DNA of 25,159 nucleotides from a virus (taxonomy: Duplodnaviria > Caudoviricetes), in the IMG/VR virus record IMGVR_UViG_3300028396_000042, positions 1 to 25,159 of that record. One strand, written 5' to 3'. Under the pieces are notes generated by a model that had not been told where the DNA came from, did no database searches, and saw only the letters and a program-made list of their open reading frames with translations. Shown here piece after piece: positions 8,837 through 17,261 of the stretch; position 1 is the first letter of the stretch; each line of letters begins with the position of its first letter. Made by a program: the position numbers and the translations under genes.

Positions 8837-9680
8837 ACCATTTTCTGCATCAACCGAAGGATTAGATATAGTACATTCAAAGGGACTAAAGAAACTTACA
8901 CAGCAACAGGTAGAGTTAGAGTTAATTAAACACAGCCCAGATTTTATAATTGCTGGTACAGAGACATATGGAGCAAAACAGCTTAATATGTGTCCAAATC
9001 TAAAAGCTATTTCCAGGGTTGGAGTGGGTACTTCTTCTATTGACATGGAAGAGTGTAATAATAGAAATATTAAGGTCTTTAATACACCCGAGGCACCAAC
9101 AGAGGCTGTTGCAGAATATACTGTTGCATTAATTTTATCAATGGTTAAAAATCTATATAGACAAGACGCTAAAGATTGGTGTAAGTTCTTAGCTAAAGAT
9201 TTATCGTCTATGACTATTGGTATTGTAGGTTATGGTAGAATTGGTCGGTTAGTTGAAAGTAAGTTAAGAGCACTAAATCCAAAACTAACGTTAATATGTG
9301 ACCCCTTTTATGAAAATAGCTATTTGTGTATTAACTCGATAATAGAGCACTCTGATATTGTAACGTTTCATGTACCGTGCCTTAACAGTCCGATTTCTAA
9401 AGAACACTTTGAAAGAATGAAGAGTGATGTTATATTAATTAATACTTCTAGAGGGTCAATCTTTAATGAGGGAGACCTCTATAGCTTTTTAAAGAAAAAT
9501 ACAAAAGCAAGTGCAGCGTTAGATGTCTTTGCAGAAGAGCCAACACCAAATAAGGACCTGCTTGATTTACCAAATACGTTATGCTCTCCACATGTGGCTA
9601 GCTTTTCTATAGAGTCAAGACAAAGAATGGAATCTGAGGCTGTTAAAAATATTATAGATAATTATTATACCAATGTTTGA
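8814..9680 (+). CDS. D-isomer-specific 2-hydroxyacid dehydrogenase (SerA-like)
   Basis: ISRVGVG, NTP.A..AVAE, GIVGYGRIG (NAD binding), INTSRG, AALDVFAEEP, SPHVA. Confidence 0.9.
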   Translation: MKTLITTKPFSASTEGLDIVHSKGLKKLTQQQVELELIKHSPDFIIAGTETYGAKQLNMCPNLKAISRVGVGTSSIDMEECNNRNIKVFNTPEAPTEAVAEYTVALILSMVKNLYRQDAKDWCKFLAKDLSSMTIGIVGYGRIGRLVESKLRALNPKLTLICDPFYENSYLCINSIIEHSDIVTFHVPCLNSPISKEHFERMKSDVILINTSRGSIFNEGDLYSFLKKNTKASAALDVFAEEPTPNKDLLDLPNTLCSPHVASFSIESRQRMESEAVKNIIDNYYTNV

Positions 9681-10044
9681 AGAGAAAGAATTTAAAACTG
9701 TAGCTATAGACTTTGATGGTGTTATACATAATGACACAAAGGGGTTTCATGATGGGACAATATACGGTGATATAGTAGATGGTTCACAAGATGCTATAAA
9801 ACAAATAGCTCAAAAATATCATATTGTTATATTTACAGCAAAAGCAAAAAAGGAAAGACCATTAATAAACAATATGACTGGTAAAGAGTTAGTTTGGGAG
9901 TGGCTACAAAAACATGACCTAGATCAATATGTAGATGAAGTTACTGCTGAGAAGCCAAGAGCATTTTTATATATAGATGATAGAGGCTATAGATTTAAAA
10001 ATTGGTCTGACACTTTATATTTTATGAGTAATAATTATAGTTGA
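9673..10044 (+). CDS. HAD-superfamily phosphatase (capless type)
   Basis: VAIDFDGVIH (motif I), IFTA (II), EKP (III), YIDD (IV). Confidence 0.82.
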   Translation: MFEEKEFKTVAIDFDGVIHNDTKGFHDGTIYGDIVDGSQDAIKQIAQKYHIVIFTAKAKKERPLINNMTGKELVWEWLQKHDLDQYVDEVTAEKPRAFLYIDDRGYRFKNWSDTLYFMSNNYS

Positions 10045-10068
10045 TTACTGCTCATATTATCATATAAT
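10041..10068 (+). promoter_or_regulatory. sigma70-type promoter
   Basis: TTGATT 10041-10046, 16-nt spacer, TATAAT 10063-10068, ATG 6 nt later. Confidence 0.7.
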
Positions 10069-10074
10069 CATAGT

Positions 10075-10656
10075 ATGATAATTGATCAGCAAGTATATGA
10101 TGGGGACTTTATTCATGAGAGGTTTGCGTATAAAGTCTTTCGTAAAGAAGTAACACCTTATGGTAATATTGTAGCTTTTAGAGCTCCGATGTTTGTAAAA
10201 GATAATCTAATTGATTTAGAGGATACTCTATCTAATGACTATATTTACTCGGAAGATGCTATTAACTTCTGCTGGGAAATTCCTAACCTATGCCCGTTCG
10301 GTGCTGTATCGTTTCAGAGATTACTTAATACGACCATTGGTAGTATTGTAAGTCAGGCGACTGGTAAAGATATCTCTATGGAAGGTGACGATATTATGGT
10401 TATCGATGAGTTTAAAGGAAGTGACGACAAGGTAAGAGATAAAGGTAAAGTGAGTGTTTCAATTACTTATAGTAAGGATAATGTAGCGCTAGGTCACACC
10501 GGTATTAATATTAAAGCTGGTAGTAAGGCTCCAGGATTTGCATACTCAACAAATATGAGCGATGAGGTTGTAGAGCAATTTATGCAAGCGGTAATTGATG
10601 TCTTCAATGAAGAAGTAAAAGATGAGTGGCTGGCTACTACGAAGATTATTGTATGA
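10075..10656 (+). CDS. DUF366-like protein (lipoate/biotin ligase fold)
   Basis: YDG...AY...IVAFRAP...IDLED....IYS....F, QRLL, GDDI, KVSVSI, HTGINI match the recalled DUF366 pattern. Confidence 0.7.
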   Translation: MIIDQQVYDGDFIHERFAYKVFRKEVTPYGNIVAFRAPMFVKDNLIDLEDTLSNDYIYSEDAINFCWEIPNLCPFGAVSFQRLLNTTIGSIVSQATGKDISMEGDDIMVIDEFKGSDDKVRDKGKVSVSITYSKDNVALGHTGINIKAGSKAPGFAYSTNMSDEVVEQFMQAVIDVFNEEVKDEWLATTKIIV

Positions 10657-11027
10657 ACTTCTTTCAGCTACAAAATAAACTTTTTTACTCAAAAAAAGAT
10701 GATGCTGGTTTTCTAGATCAAGAAGGTGAGCAGGCTTTTGTACCGTTTCTATTTAATAGGTGGTTATCATTCTACAGTAAGGATACTCCTAACTTTGTAA
10801 ACGAAACACTTAATAAGTATTCAAATATTTTTGAGGATAAACAACAGCAGTATAGATTATACTATAACTTAATACCTAGACTTAAGTTTAAGCGTATAAA
10901 GTATATTAAGAAGGTAAAGAGTCAAAAAGAAGAAGAAGAAAGTTATGACATTTTTGCAAAGAATAATAATATATCACAACGCGAGCTTAAACAGTATGTT
11001 GATTTATTTAAATCACTAAATAAATAA
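10653..11027 (+). CDS. T4 gp62-like clamp-loader small subunit
   Basis: FVPFLFNRWLSF...N.....QQYRLYYNLIP..KFKRIKYIKK resembles gp62; start moved to the ATG overlapping the upstream TGA. Confidence 0.6.
   Translation: MNFFQLQNKLFYSKKDDAGFLDQEGEQAFVPFLFNRWLSFYSKDTPNFVNETLNKYSNIFEDKQQQYRLYYNLIPRLKFKRIKYIKKVKSQKEEEESYDIFAKNNNISQRELKQYVDLFKSLNK
10999..11026 (+). promoter_or_regulatory. promoter TTGATT-N16-TAAATA
   Basis: TTGATT 10999-11004; ATAAATA 11020-11026; ATG 7 nt later. Confidence 0.55.
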
Positions 11028-11033
11028 AATTAT

Positions 11034-11447
11034 ATGCCCGCAGACATTGACATAATAAAGCCGACTCGTAGTCTAATTGATCTAGATAGTCACAGTGAAG
11101 GTGACTTTGGAATTGATGATTTTAAACTAAAGTTTATTTTTGATGATATTCTTTTGGTAGAGTATGTAGATGAATCTGAAACAGGTGATATTTTACGTAA
11201 TGGTATTGTTGTACCTGTTAATGCTGTAAATAAAGCGTGGAGAAAAGGTAAGGTTATACTTGCAGGTCCAAACTCAAAATATGCAAAGGTAGGAGATATT
11301 GTATTATTTCCGAATAATGTTGGTGTCACAGTAGCTAAAATAGATGTTGAAGGTGTAGGTATGGTCAAAAGCGGTTTATTCCTAAATGAGGATAGGATGT
11401 TCGGTATTTGTACACTAAAAAATGATAATACAGAGGTCAGCTCTTGA
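11034..11447 (+). CDS. GroES/Cpn10-like co-chaperonin (functional analogue of T4 gp31)
   Basis: DDILLVE...GIVVP...GKVILAGP....KVGDIVLF...G...FLNEDR.FG. Confidence 0.8.
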   Translation: MPADIDIIKPTRSLIDLDSHSEGDFGIDDFKLKFIFDDILLVEYVDESETGDILRNGIVVPVNAVNKAWRKGKVILAGPNSKYAKVGDIVLFPNNVGVTVAKIDVEGVGMVKSGLFLNEDRMFGICTLKNDNTEVSS

Positions 11448-11799
11448 TAACATACTTTTGAGTAATGTGTGTGAAGTTAGATTTGTAAGGAGAAGACCAA
11501 AGGCTGGCTCTTCCCTTACACGTCGTATGTTTTGTACAAAAGCTTATAGTATATTGCAATCGACAAACGGTAGAATTACTCTAAATTATAGACCACCTTC
11601 ATCACCCCCACAAATAAACGAAGCTGCAGAAAATCTCATAACAGTATGGGATATAATTATGCAAGATTATAGAAATATAAATATGGAACAATGTGATTTA
11701 ATTCAGCAAATACCTGCTAATGAAGATTTTTGGACATACTTTAATAATAATATATACCCAATGTCAGCTGAACAAAAGCTGAATTTTATAAATACATGA
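11422..11799 (+). CDS. WYL_2/Sm-like SH3-barrel phage protein
   Basis: L..NVCEVRF.R.....RRMFCT...ITVWDI..QDYRNI pattern of a family conserved in T4-like phages. Confidence 0.55.
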   Translation: MIIQRSALDNILLSNVCEVRFVRRRPKAGSSLTRRMFCTKAYSILQSTNGRITLNYRPPSSPPQINEAAENLITVWDIIMQDYRNINMEQCDLIQQIPANEDFWTYFNNNIYPMSAEQKLNFINT

Positions 11800-12149
11800 A
11801 TTCCTGTTTAGAAATAGTTGCTGAAAATTTTAAACCATTCCTATTAAAAGATATCGTAATAAGAACGGATAAGAAGGTTATACGTAAAGGTACGTTGAGA
11901 ATATTTCAGCTTAAACAGTACTTTATAAGGTTGTTTATTGAGGTTGGGGATAAGACAAAACAGTATGAAATACCTTACCCATTTACATCTAACTTAGAAG
12001 ATAATAGACTAACTCTCAATTATCAACTCTCCACAGTTATGAAGGATGATGAGTTAATGCTTCAAACGAAATTTTTAGATATATCTAATAAATCTAAAAT
12101 ATACAATAACTTACTTTATATATTGACTTCTGAAGACGACAGCCTATAA
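11796..12149 (+). CDS. hypothetical protein
   Basis: 117-aa ORF, ATGA-coupled to the upstream gene. Confidence 0.7.
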   Translation: MNSCLEIVAENFKPFLLKDIVIRTDKKVIRKGTLRIFQLKQYFIRLFIEVGDKTKQYEIPYPFTSNLEDNRLTLNYQLSTVMKDDELMLQTKFLDISNKSKIYNNLLYILTSEDDSL

Positions 12150-12150
12150 T
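12123..12150 (+). promoter_or_regulatory. sigma70-type promoter
   Basis: TTGACT 12123-12128, 16-nt spacer, TATAAT 12145-12150, GTG 6 nt later. Confidence 0.72.
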
Positions 12151-12156
12151 AAGGTT

Positions 12157-13788
12157 GTGATATCAGATCTAATAAGTAACTTCCCTAAAGGTTATACACC
12201 TAACAAGCAACAAGTAAAGCTTCTAAAGACTATAGATGAAGCATTTAAGAGTGATCATAAATTTGTTATTTGTAATGCACCTACTGGTTCAGGTAAGTCA
12301 TTTATATCAAAAACATTAGGTGAGTCGTCTGAGAGTTGTCCTAGTGAGTTTCGAGATTTAGTAACGTCGTACTTAGCATATAAACACAACCACGGTGGTG
12401 GGTTTACGTATGATGAAGAGTGTAGTGAGTCAGAGTCTTTTGGTTGTACTGCTTTAACCATAACAAAGAGCTTACAAGACCAGTATAAAGAGCTATTTAA
12501 TGATGTTGAAGTGCTAAAAGGTAAGTCAAACTACCAATGTACACTTGATGATAGCTTTGCGGTAGATGTAGCACCGTGTGTACATCTCAACGGCTTAAAA
12601 GAAGAGTGTTGGAAAAAGGATAGTTGTTCATATTATAGTCAGAGAAATAAAACACTCACATCAAAGTTTAATACACTTAACTATAATATGTTTTTCTCTT
12701 TACCAAACCATGTTAAGAAGCGGCAGATAATTATATGTGATGAAGCGTCAGAGCTTGAAGATCAGTTAGTTAAAGAGTTTACATGTAAAGTAGAATATAG
12801 TTTTTTACGTAAATGTGGTATAACTATAAGACCATTTATTTCGACGAAGTCACACGAGCGGTGGATTAGTAGTTTATTGATTGAGGTGAGTGATTGTATT
12901 AAAGATGTAAAGGATGAGATAAGTACAAAGCAAAAATCACCACCTAATATGGTAATACCACTTAAGATTAAATTAGCTCAACTTATTAATTTACAGAAGA
13001 AGCTTGAGTTAGTTTTAGATACATGGACAGAGAGTGAATATGTACATGAGAAGGATAATTTAGGTGTTGTATTTATGCCTTTAAAGGTAGACAAGTTATC
13101 ACATAGATTATTTGATTTTGCTGATAAAGTTATATTAATGTCTGCAACTATTATAAACCCAACAAACTTTTGTAAAACTTTAGGTATTACTGATTATAAG
13201 TATGTAGAAGCTGAGTCTTCTTTTGATCCAAAAAATGCTCCTATTATATGCAATACTAAATATAAGTTAAGTTATCACACCCTAAATAAATATCTACCTA
13301 GAATCGTTAAGCAAGTAGAGGCTTTATGTGAACATCATAGAGACGAAAAGGGCATTATACATACACATAATAATGTAATTACACGTGAACTAGCTAATGT
13401 TCTAGGTGGTGATAGATTTCTATTTAGAGAGCCGGGTATACGTAATGAAGAAATACTTGAGCAACATACTGCAACAGATAAACCTACTGTTTTGGTTTCA
13501 CCCTCTATGTCATATGGTGTGGATCTAAAGGGTGATCTTGCTCGATTTCAAATCATTATGAAGGCACCATTTCTACCTACTAAAGATGTACGTATAGAGA
13601 GAATGATGAAGGATAATTTTGACTGGTATATGGATAAGATGTTATGCTCACTAATACAATCGTGTGGTAGAGGTATTAGATCGAAAGATGATAAATGTGT
13701 AACATATATATTAGATGGTAACATCGCACAAAACGTAGTTAAAAATAAGCACAAGTTACCTAATTATTTTGTAGATAGGTTTTTGTAG
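12157..13788 (+). CDS. DinG/XPD(Rad3)-family SF2 helicase
   Basis: Q motif FP..YTP..QQ, APTGSGKS, LKGKSNYQC, DEAS, MSATI, GVDLKGD, KAPF, QSCGRGIRS.DD. Confidence 0.88.
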   Translation: MISDLISNFPKGYTPNKQQVKLLKTIDEAFKSDHKFVICNAPTGSGKSFISKTLGESSESCPSEFRDLVTSYLAYKHNHGGGFTYDEECSESESFGCTALTITKSLQDQYKELFNDVEVLKGKSNYQCTLDDSFAVDVAPCVHLNGLKEECWKKDSCSYYSQRNKTLTSKFNTLNYNMFFSLPNHVKKRQIIICDEASELEDQLVKEFTCKVEYSFLRKCGITIRPFISTKSHERWISSLLIEVSDCIKDVKDEISTKQKSPPNMVIPLKIKLAQLINLQKKLELVLDTWTESEYVHEKDNLGVVFMPLKVDKLSHRLFDFADKVILMSATIINPTNFCKTLGITDYKYVEAESSFDPKNAPIICNTKYKLSYHTLNKYLPRIVKQVEALCEHHRDEKGIIHTHNNVITRELANVLGGDRFLFREPGIRNEEILEQHTATDKPTVLVSPSMSYGVDLKGDLARFQIIMKAPFLPTKDVRIERMMKDNFDWYMDKMLCSLIQSCGRGIRSKDDKCVTYILDGNIAQNVVKNKHKLPNYFVDRFL

Positions 13789-13789
13789 A

Positions 13790-13796
13790 ATAAATA
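13790..13796 (+). promoter_or_regulatory. late promoter box ATAAATA
   Basis: 9 nt before the GTG at 13806. Confidence 0.55.
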
Positions 13797-13805
13797 TAAA
13801 CACTA

Positions 13806-14939
13806 GTGAAAAAATATACATACAACTTTGAGATTAAAGATCTCTTAACACAATTTGTTGCAGCATTTGATGATACTGTTATCAAGAGATATAATAAACA
13901 GCGTGATGAAAGGCAGCAGATTGAAGTTAGGTATGTATTTGCACCAAAACACCGTGTAATGTATGATGTTGTTAATAAAGCTCAAAACATTACACTACCC
14001 GTCGTAACTATTGATTTAGCTTCTGTAACATACGATAGTTCTAGAACTTTTAATAAGGTTAATAAACTACACTCCTACATAACAGAAGAAGATAGTGTAT
14101 CTATGCCTATGCCTACACCTGTTAACTTAACTGTTAATATGTCTATTTTAGGTAAGTATATGCAAGATGTTGAGCAGATAATTACTAACTTCGCGCCTTA
14201 TGCAAATCCGTATATTATATTAGCATGGCGTGAGCCTACATCGTATAGTGATACTATAGAGATCAGGTCTGAAGTTTTATGGGATGAGAATATATCTATT
14301 ACTACACCTACAGAAATAAGCTATAGTGATAAGTTTAGAGTTGTCGCAGATACGTCTTTTACTATTAAAGGTTGGTTGTTTAAGAATCAAAATGAAAGAG
14401 ATACACCTATTTATTTTATCGAACAAAATATGATAGCTCAAAGTAAAAATTGGAATATAACACAGCCTCTTACATCGTTGGAGTATGATAATTTCTTTAA
14501 TGAGTATGTAGATGGACCGGACCGAGATAGCTATATGTCTACAGTGAGATTATCTGGAACACCAGCTATAGATAATATCTTTCTTAATGAAGGTGGTACA
14601 TTATTAGACGTTTCATATAATGCACCAATCACGTTTGATAAGGATGCGCAGAAGAGCTTCTTGTTTACTGGTAAAAACTATAACCATACAACGAGTGTTT
14701 GGTTAAGCTCAGATAATAGTAATTTTATGTCCGGTATAACGTCTTTAGACACCAAATATACGGGTAACTTGTCTGGGGTTGTACTACCAGAAGAAAATTA
14801 CAATATACTTTCAAATAACACATTAACAGTTAATTTACCACCGCTTAACGAAGGTGGTAAAATAGATATAATTATTAATAACCCGGCTGGTTGGACATCA
14901 ACAAGAACAATAAGTGGGTTTTATACCATTGCGGAATAA
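13806..14939 (+). CDS. T4 gp15-like tail terminator/sheath stabiliser with C-terminal Ig-like extension
   Basis: Y..EIK.L..QF...FDD..I.R, V...FAPK, TLP, YDSSR..NK, P.PVNL, EQI...F.P, FTIKGWLF. Confidence 0.72.
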   Translation: MKKYTYNFEIKDLLTQFVAAFDDTVIKRYNKQRDERQQIEVRYVFAPKHRVMYDVVNKAQNITLPVVTIDLASVTYDSSRTFNKVNKLHSYITEEDSVSMPMPTPVNLTVNMSILGKYMQDVEQIITNFAPYANPYIILAWREPTSYSDTIEIRSEVLWDENISITTPTEISYSDKFRVVADTSFTIKGWLFKNQNERDTPIYFIEQNMIAQSKNWNITQPLTSLEYDNFFNEYVDGPDRDSYMSTVRLSGTPAIDNIFLNEGGTLLDVSYNAPITFDKDAQKSFLFTGKNYNHTTSVWLSSDNSNFMSGITSLDTKYTGNLSGVVLPEENYNILSNNTLTVNLPPLNEGGKIDIIINNPAGWTSTRTISGFYTIAE

Positions 14940-14946
14940 ATAAATA
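14940..14946 (+). promoter_or_regulatory. late promoter box ATAAATA
   Basis: 6 nt before the ATG at 14953. Confidence 0.65.
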
Positions 14947-14952
14947 AGTAAA

Positions 14953-16734
14953 ATGGCAGATACATCACCAAATCAAAACAGTAGTAGAGTAACGAAAGAT
15001 GGTAGAGCATCTACATTCGGTAGATCTCTGACTCAGTATATACAAAACAGACTACCGTACTCAAATGTTGTAGACGGCGACGATAGCCTTAACCCAAAAT
15101 ATAAATATTTTAAGAAGACAGGTACGCGTCGAGCTGAGGCTTTGACTAAGACATCTATATCTTCATCTAATAGTTATAACAATTTACCTATTGGTGATTT
15201 TGGTAAAGATACTTCGTTTGCGGATATAATGTATGCAAACCTTGATGACAATAAACCAGGTCGGTTGAGAGACTATCGAGTAATGGCAGGTTATTCGGAA
15301 GTAGCAGATGCGTTGGATGAAATATGTGATGAGACTATTAATATCGATACAGAGGGCCAAGTAGCAAAGTTATTGTATGATAATATTGACTTAACGGTAG
15401 ATGAGCGTAGTGATATTGATAATGAGTTTGCAAAGTATATAGATTTATTTGACCTTAAGAGTAAAGGTTGGCAATATTTTCGGCAGCTGTTAGTGGAGGG
15501 TGAGGTATTTTTTGAGTTAATTTTACATGAAGAATACACCAATGAAGGCATACTTGGTGCAATTAATTTACCATCTGAAATTATAGAGCCTGTTTATAAT
15601 AATATACAAAACATGTTAGTTAAAGGTTTTATATATAAAAAACCTATATACAGTGCATCTAACCCAGGTAAAGTTGAGAAGGAAGAATTAATACCAATGG
15701 ATGCAAATCAGGTTGTTTATATTAATTCCGGCGCCTTTAATGAAACAAAAGAATTTGTAATACCGTTCTTAGAGAATGCGCGTAGGCCTTATAGGCAGTT
15801 ATCTTTAATTGAAGACGCAATTATAATTTATAGATTAGTACGTGCGCCAGAGCGCTTAGTGTTTAATGTTGATGTGGGTAATATGGCTCCACCAAAAGCT
15901 GAAGCGTACTTACGTAAATTAATACAAAATTACTGGTCACGTAAGACGTTTGATCTCGATCAAGGAGATGTAGTTAAAAAGTTTAATCCACAATCTATGC
16001 TTGATGCATTTTGGTTTGCGAAGAGACAAGGCTCTGAAGGTACATCAGTTACTCAATTACCAGGTGGTGCAAATTTAGGTGAGCTAACCGACTTGATGTA
16101 CTTTATTAAGAAGCTTTATAGAGCACTTAAGGTACCATCAACTAGAATAGATCCAGAAGATAGAACCGTAGATTCCTCTACAACGTTAAGAGATGAGCTT
16201 AAGTTTGCAAAGTTTATAATTAGACAGCAGCAAAAATTTGCAGCAGGTATTAAAAAGGGGTTTATAACCCATCTTAAATTTAAGAAGTTGTGGGATAAGT
16301 ATGACTTTAAAGAAACAAACATAGAGATTGAGTTTAATGTACCAACGAACTATTTTGAAATTAGAGAAAATCAAAGACTAGAACTTAAGGCAAACAACTT
16401 TAATAACCTAGCAGCAAGTGAATTTGTTTCTGCTACATATGCACAGAAAAAGTATCTAGGTTGGAAGGATAAAGATGTTCTTGCTAATAGAGAGTTCCTA
16501 AGAAAAGATGCAGAAATGCAGTGGGAGCTAGCTCAAATTCAAGCCGCAGGCCCTAACTGGAAAGAGCAAATGATTGCCGGTTCCTTAGGTGAGGGTGAGG
16601 CGGCTGAAGGTGATCTAGGCGGCGCCGGTGGTGGAAGTATTCCTGAGTTTGGTGGAGGACCAGCAGCCGAAGGAGAAGTACCTGAAGCTGAGGTACCTGA
16701 AGCTGAAACTGCAGAAACTCCACCTATTGAGTAA
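14953..16734 (+). CDS. portal protein (T4 gp20 homologue)
   Basis: YR.MA...EV.DA.DEI, QL..IEDA.IIYRLVRAPER.VF.VDVGN....KAE.Y, FWF.KR.G..GT.V..LPGG.NLGE..D..YF.KKLY.AL.VP.TR, RDELKF.KF. Confidence 0.96.
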   Translation: MADTSPNQNSSRVTKDGRASTFGRSLTQYIQNRLPYSNVVDGDDSLNPKYKYFKKTGTRRAEALTKTSISSSNSYNNLPIGDFGKDTSFADIMYANLDDNKPGRLRDYRVMAGYSEVADALDEICDETINIDTEGQVAKLLYDNIDLTVDERSDIDNEFAKYIDLFDLKSKGWQYFRQLLVEGEVFFELILHEEYTNEGILGAINLPSEIIEPVYNNIQNMLVKGFIYKKPIYSASNPGKVEKEELIPMDANQVVYINSGAFNETKEFVIPFLENARRPYRQLSLIEDAIIIYRLVRAPERLVFNVDVGNMAPPKAEAYLRKLIQNYWSRKTFDLDQGDVVKKFNPQSMLDAFWFAKRQGSEGTSVTQLPGGANLGELTDLMYFIKKLYRALKVPSTRIDPEDRTVDSSTTLRDELKFAKFIIRQQQKFAAGIKKGFITHLKFKKLWDKYDFKETNIEIEFNVPTNYFEIRENQRLELKANNFNNLAASEFVSATYAQKKYLGWKDKDVLANREFLRKDAEMQWELAQIQAAGPNWKEQMIAGSLGEGEAAEGDLGGAGGGSIPEFGGGPAAEGEVPEAEVPEAETAETPPIE

Positions 16735-16751
16735 TAAATTAAGCCTAATAC

Positions 16752-16759
16752 TATAAATA
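16752..16759 (+). promoter_or_regulatory. T4 late promoter consensus TATAAATA
   Basis: Exact consensus, 5 nt before the ATG at 16765. Confidence 0.75.
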
Positions 16760-16764
16760 ATGGT

Positions 16765-17061
16765 ATGGGTGAATATGTAAATTTAAATAAGTGTAAGTCT
16801 TTTAGACAGTCTATCACTACAAGCTTGACACCGTTAGCGGATCAAGTTTGTTCGGAAGTCATTGTTGTTAATAGAACGTCAGATGATATTGTAGTTAAAG
16901 ATCAGAACTTCGACTCTGACGATAATGGATTTTTACTTAAAACGCAAGAGAGTTTTACCTTTAGAGGCATTACTAACACTAACGAGCTTAGTGCTATTGC
17001 TGACGTTGCTGGTACAATCTATTACAGAACTCAGTACTATAGTAATTCACCTTCACGATAA
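16765..17061 (+). CDS. hypothetical late protein (beta-rich, possibly virion-associated)
   Basis: 98-aa ORF directly behind a late promoter. Confidence 0.7.
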   Translation: MGEYVNLNKCKSFRQSITTSLTPLADQVCSEVIVVNRTSDDIVVKDQNFDSDDNGFLLKTQESFTFRGITNTNELSAIADVAGTIYYRTQYYSNSPSR

Positions 17062-17241
17062 ATGAAAGCTATACCAACTGTAGATAACTCTGGATATTGT
17101 CAGACTTGCGGAGCTGTACAACCGTTGGTAGCAAATGATGTTGTTTACGATCCAAATATATATCTCAGACCTTCACCAAATGTCAATGACAAGTATTTAA
17201 GTCCTACAGGAGATTTATATAAAAGACCTGGTTCACCTTAA
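17062..17241 (+). CDS. small hypothetical protein (59 aa; missing from the ORF track)
   Basis: MKAIPTVDNSGYCQTCGAVQP...YLRPSP...YLSPTGDLYKRPGSP*; ATG immediately follows the upstream TAA and the ORF fills the gap. Confidence 0.65.
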   Translation: MKAIPTVDNSGYCQTCGAVQPLVANDVVYDPNIYLRPSPNVNDKYLSPTGDLYKRPGSP

Positions 17242-17249
17242 CATTCTAA

Positions 17250-17256
17250 CTAAATA
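17250..17256 (+). promoter_or_regulatory. late promoter box CTAAATA
   Basis: 5 nt before the ATG at 17262. Confidence 0.6.
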
Positions 17257-17261
17257 ATAAC

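Noticed and set aside
12157-13788. CasDinG of a type IV CRISPR system
   Set aside because: No cas genes or array in the window
16672-16722. Short tandem repeat encoding EVPEA-EVPEA in the portal tail
   Set aside because: Ordinary low-complexity acidic tail; not a CRISPR array or other repeat system
1014-16817. Short minus-strand ORFs inside queE, aldolase, dehydrogenase, groES-like, helicase and portal genes
   Set aside because: Fully nested antisense to well-supported genes; no recognisable features
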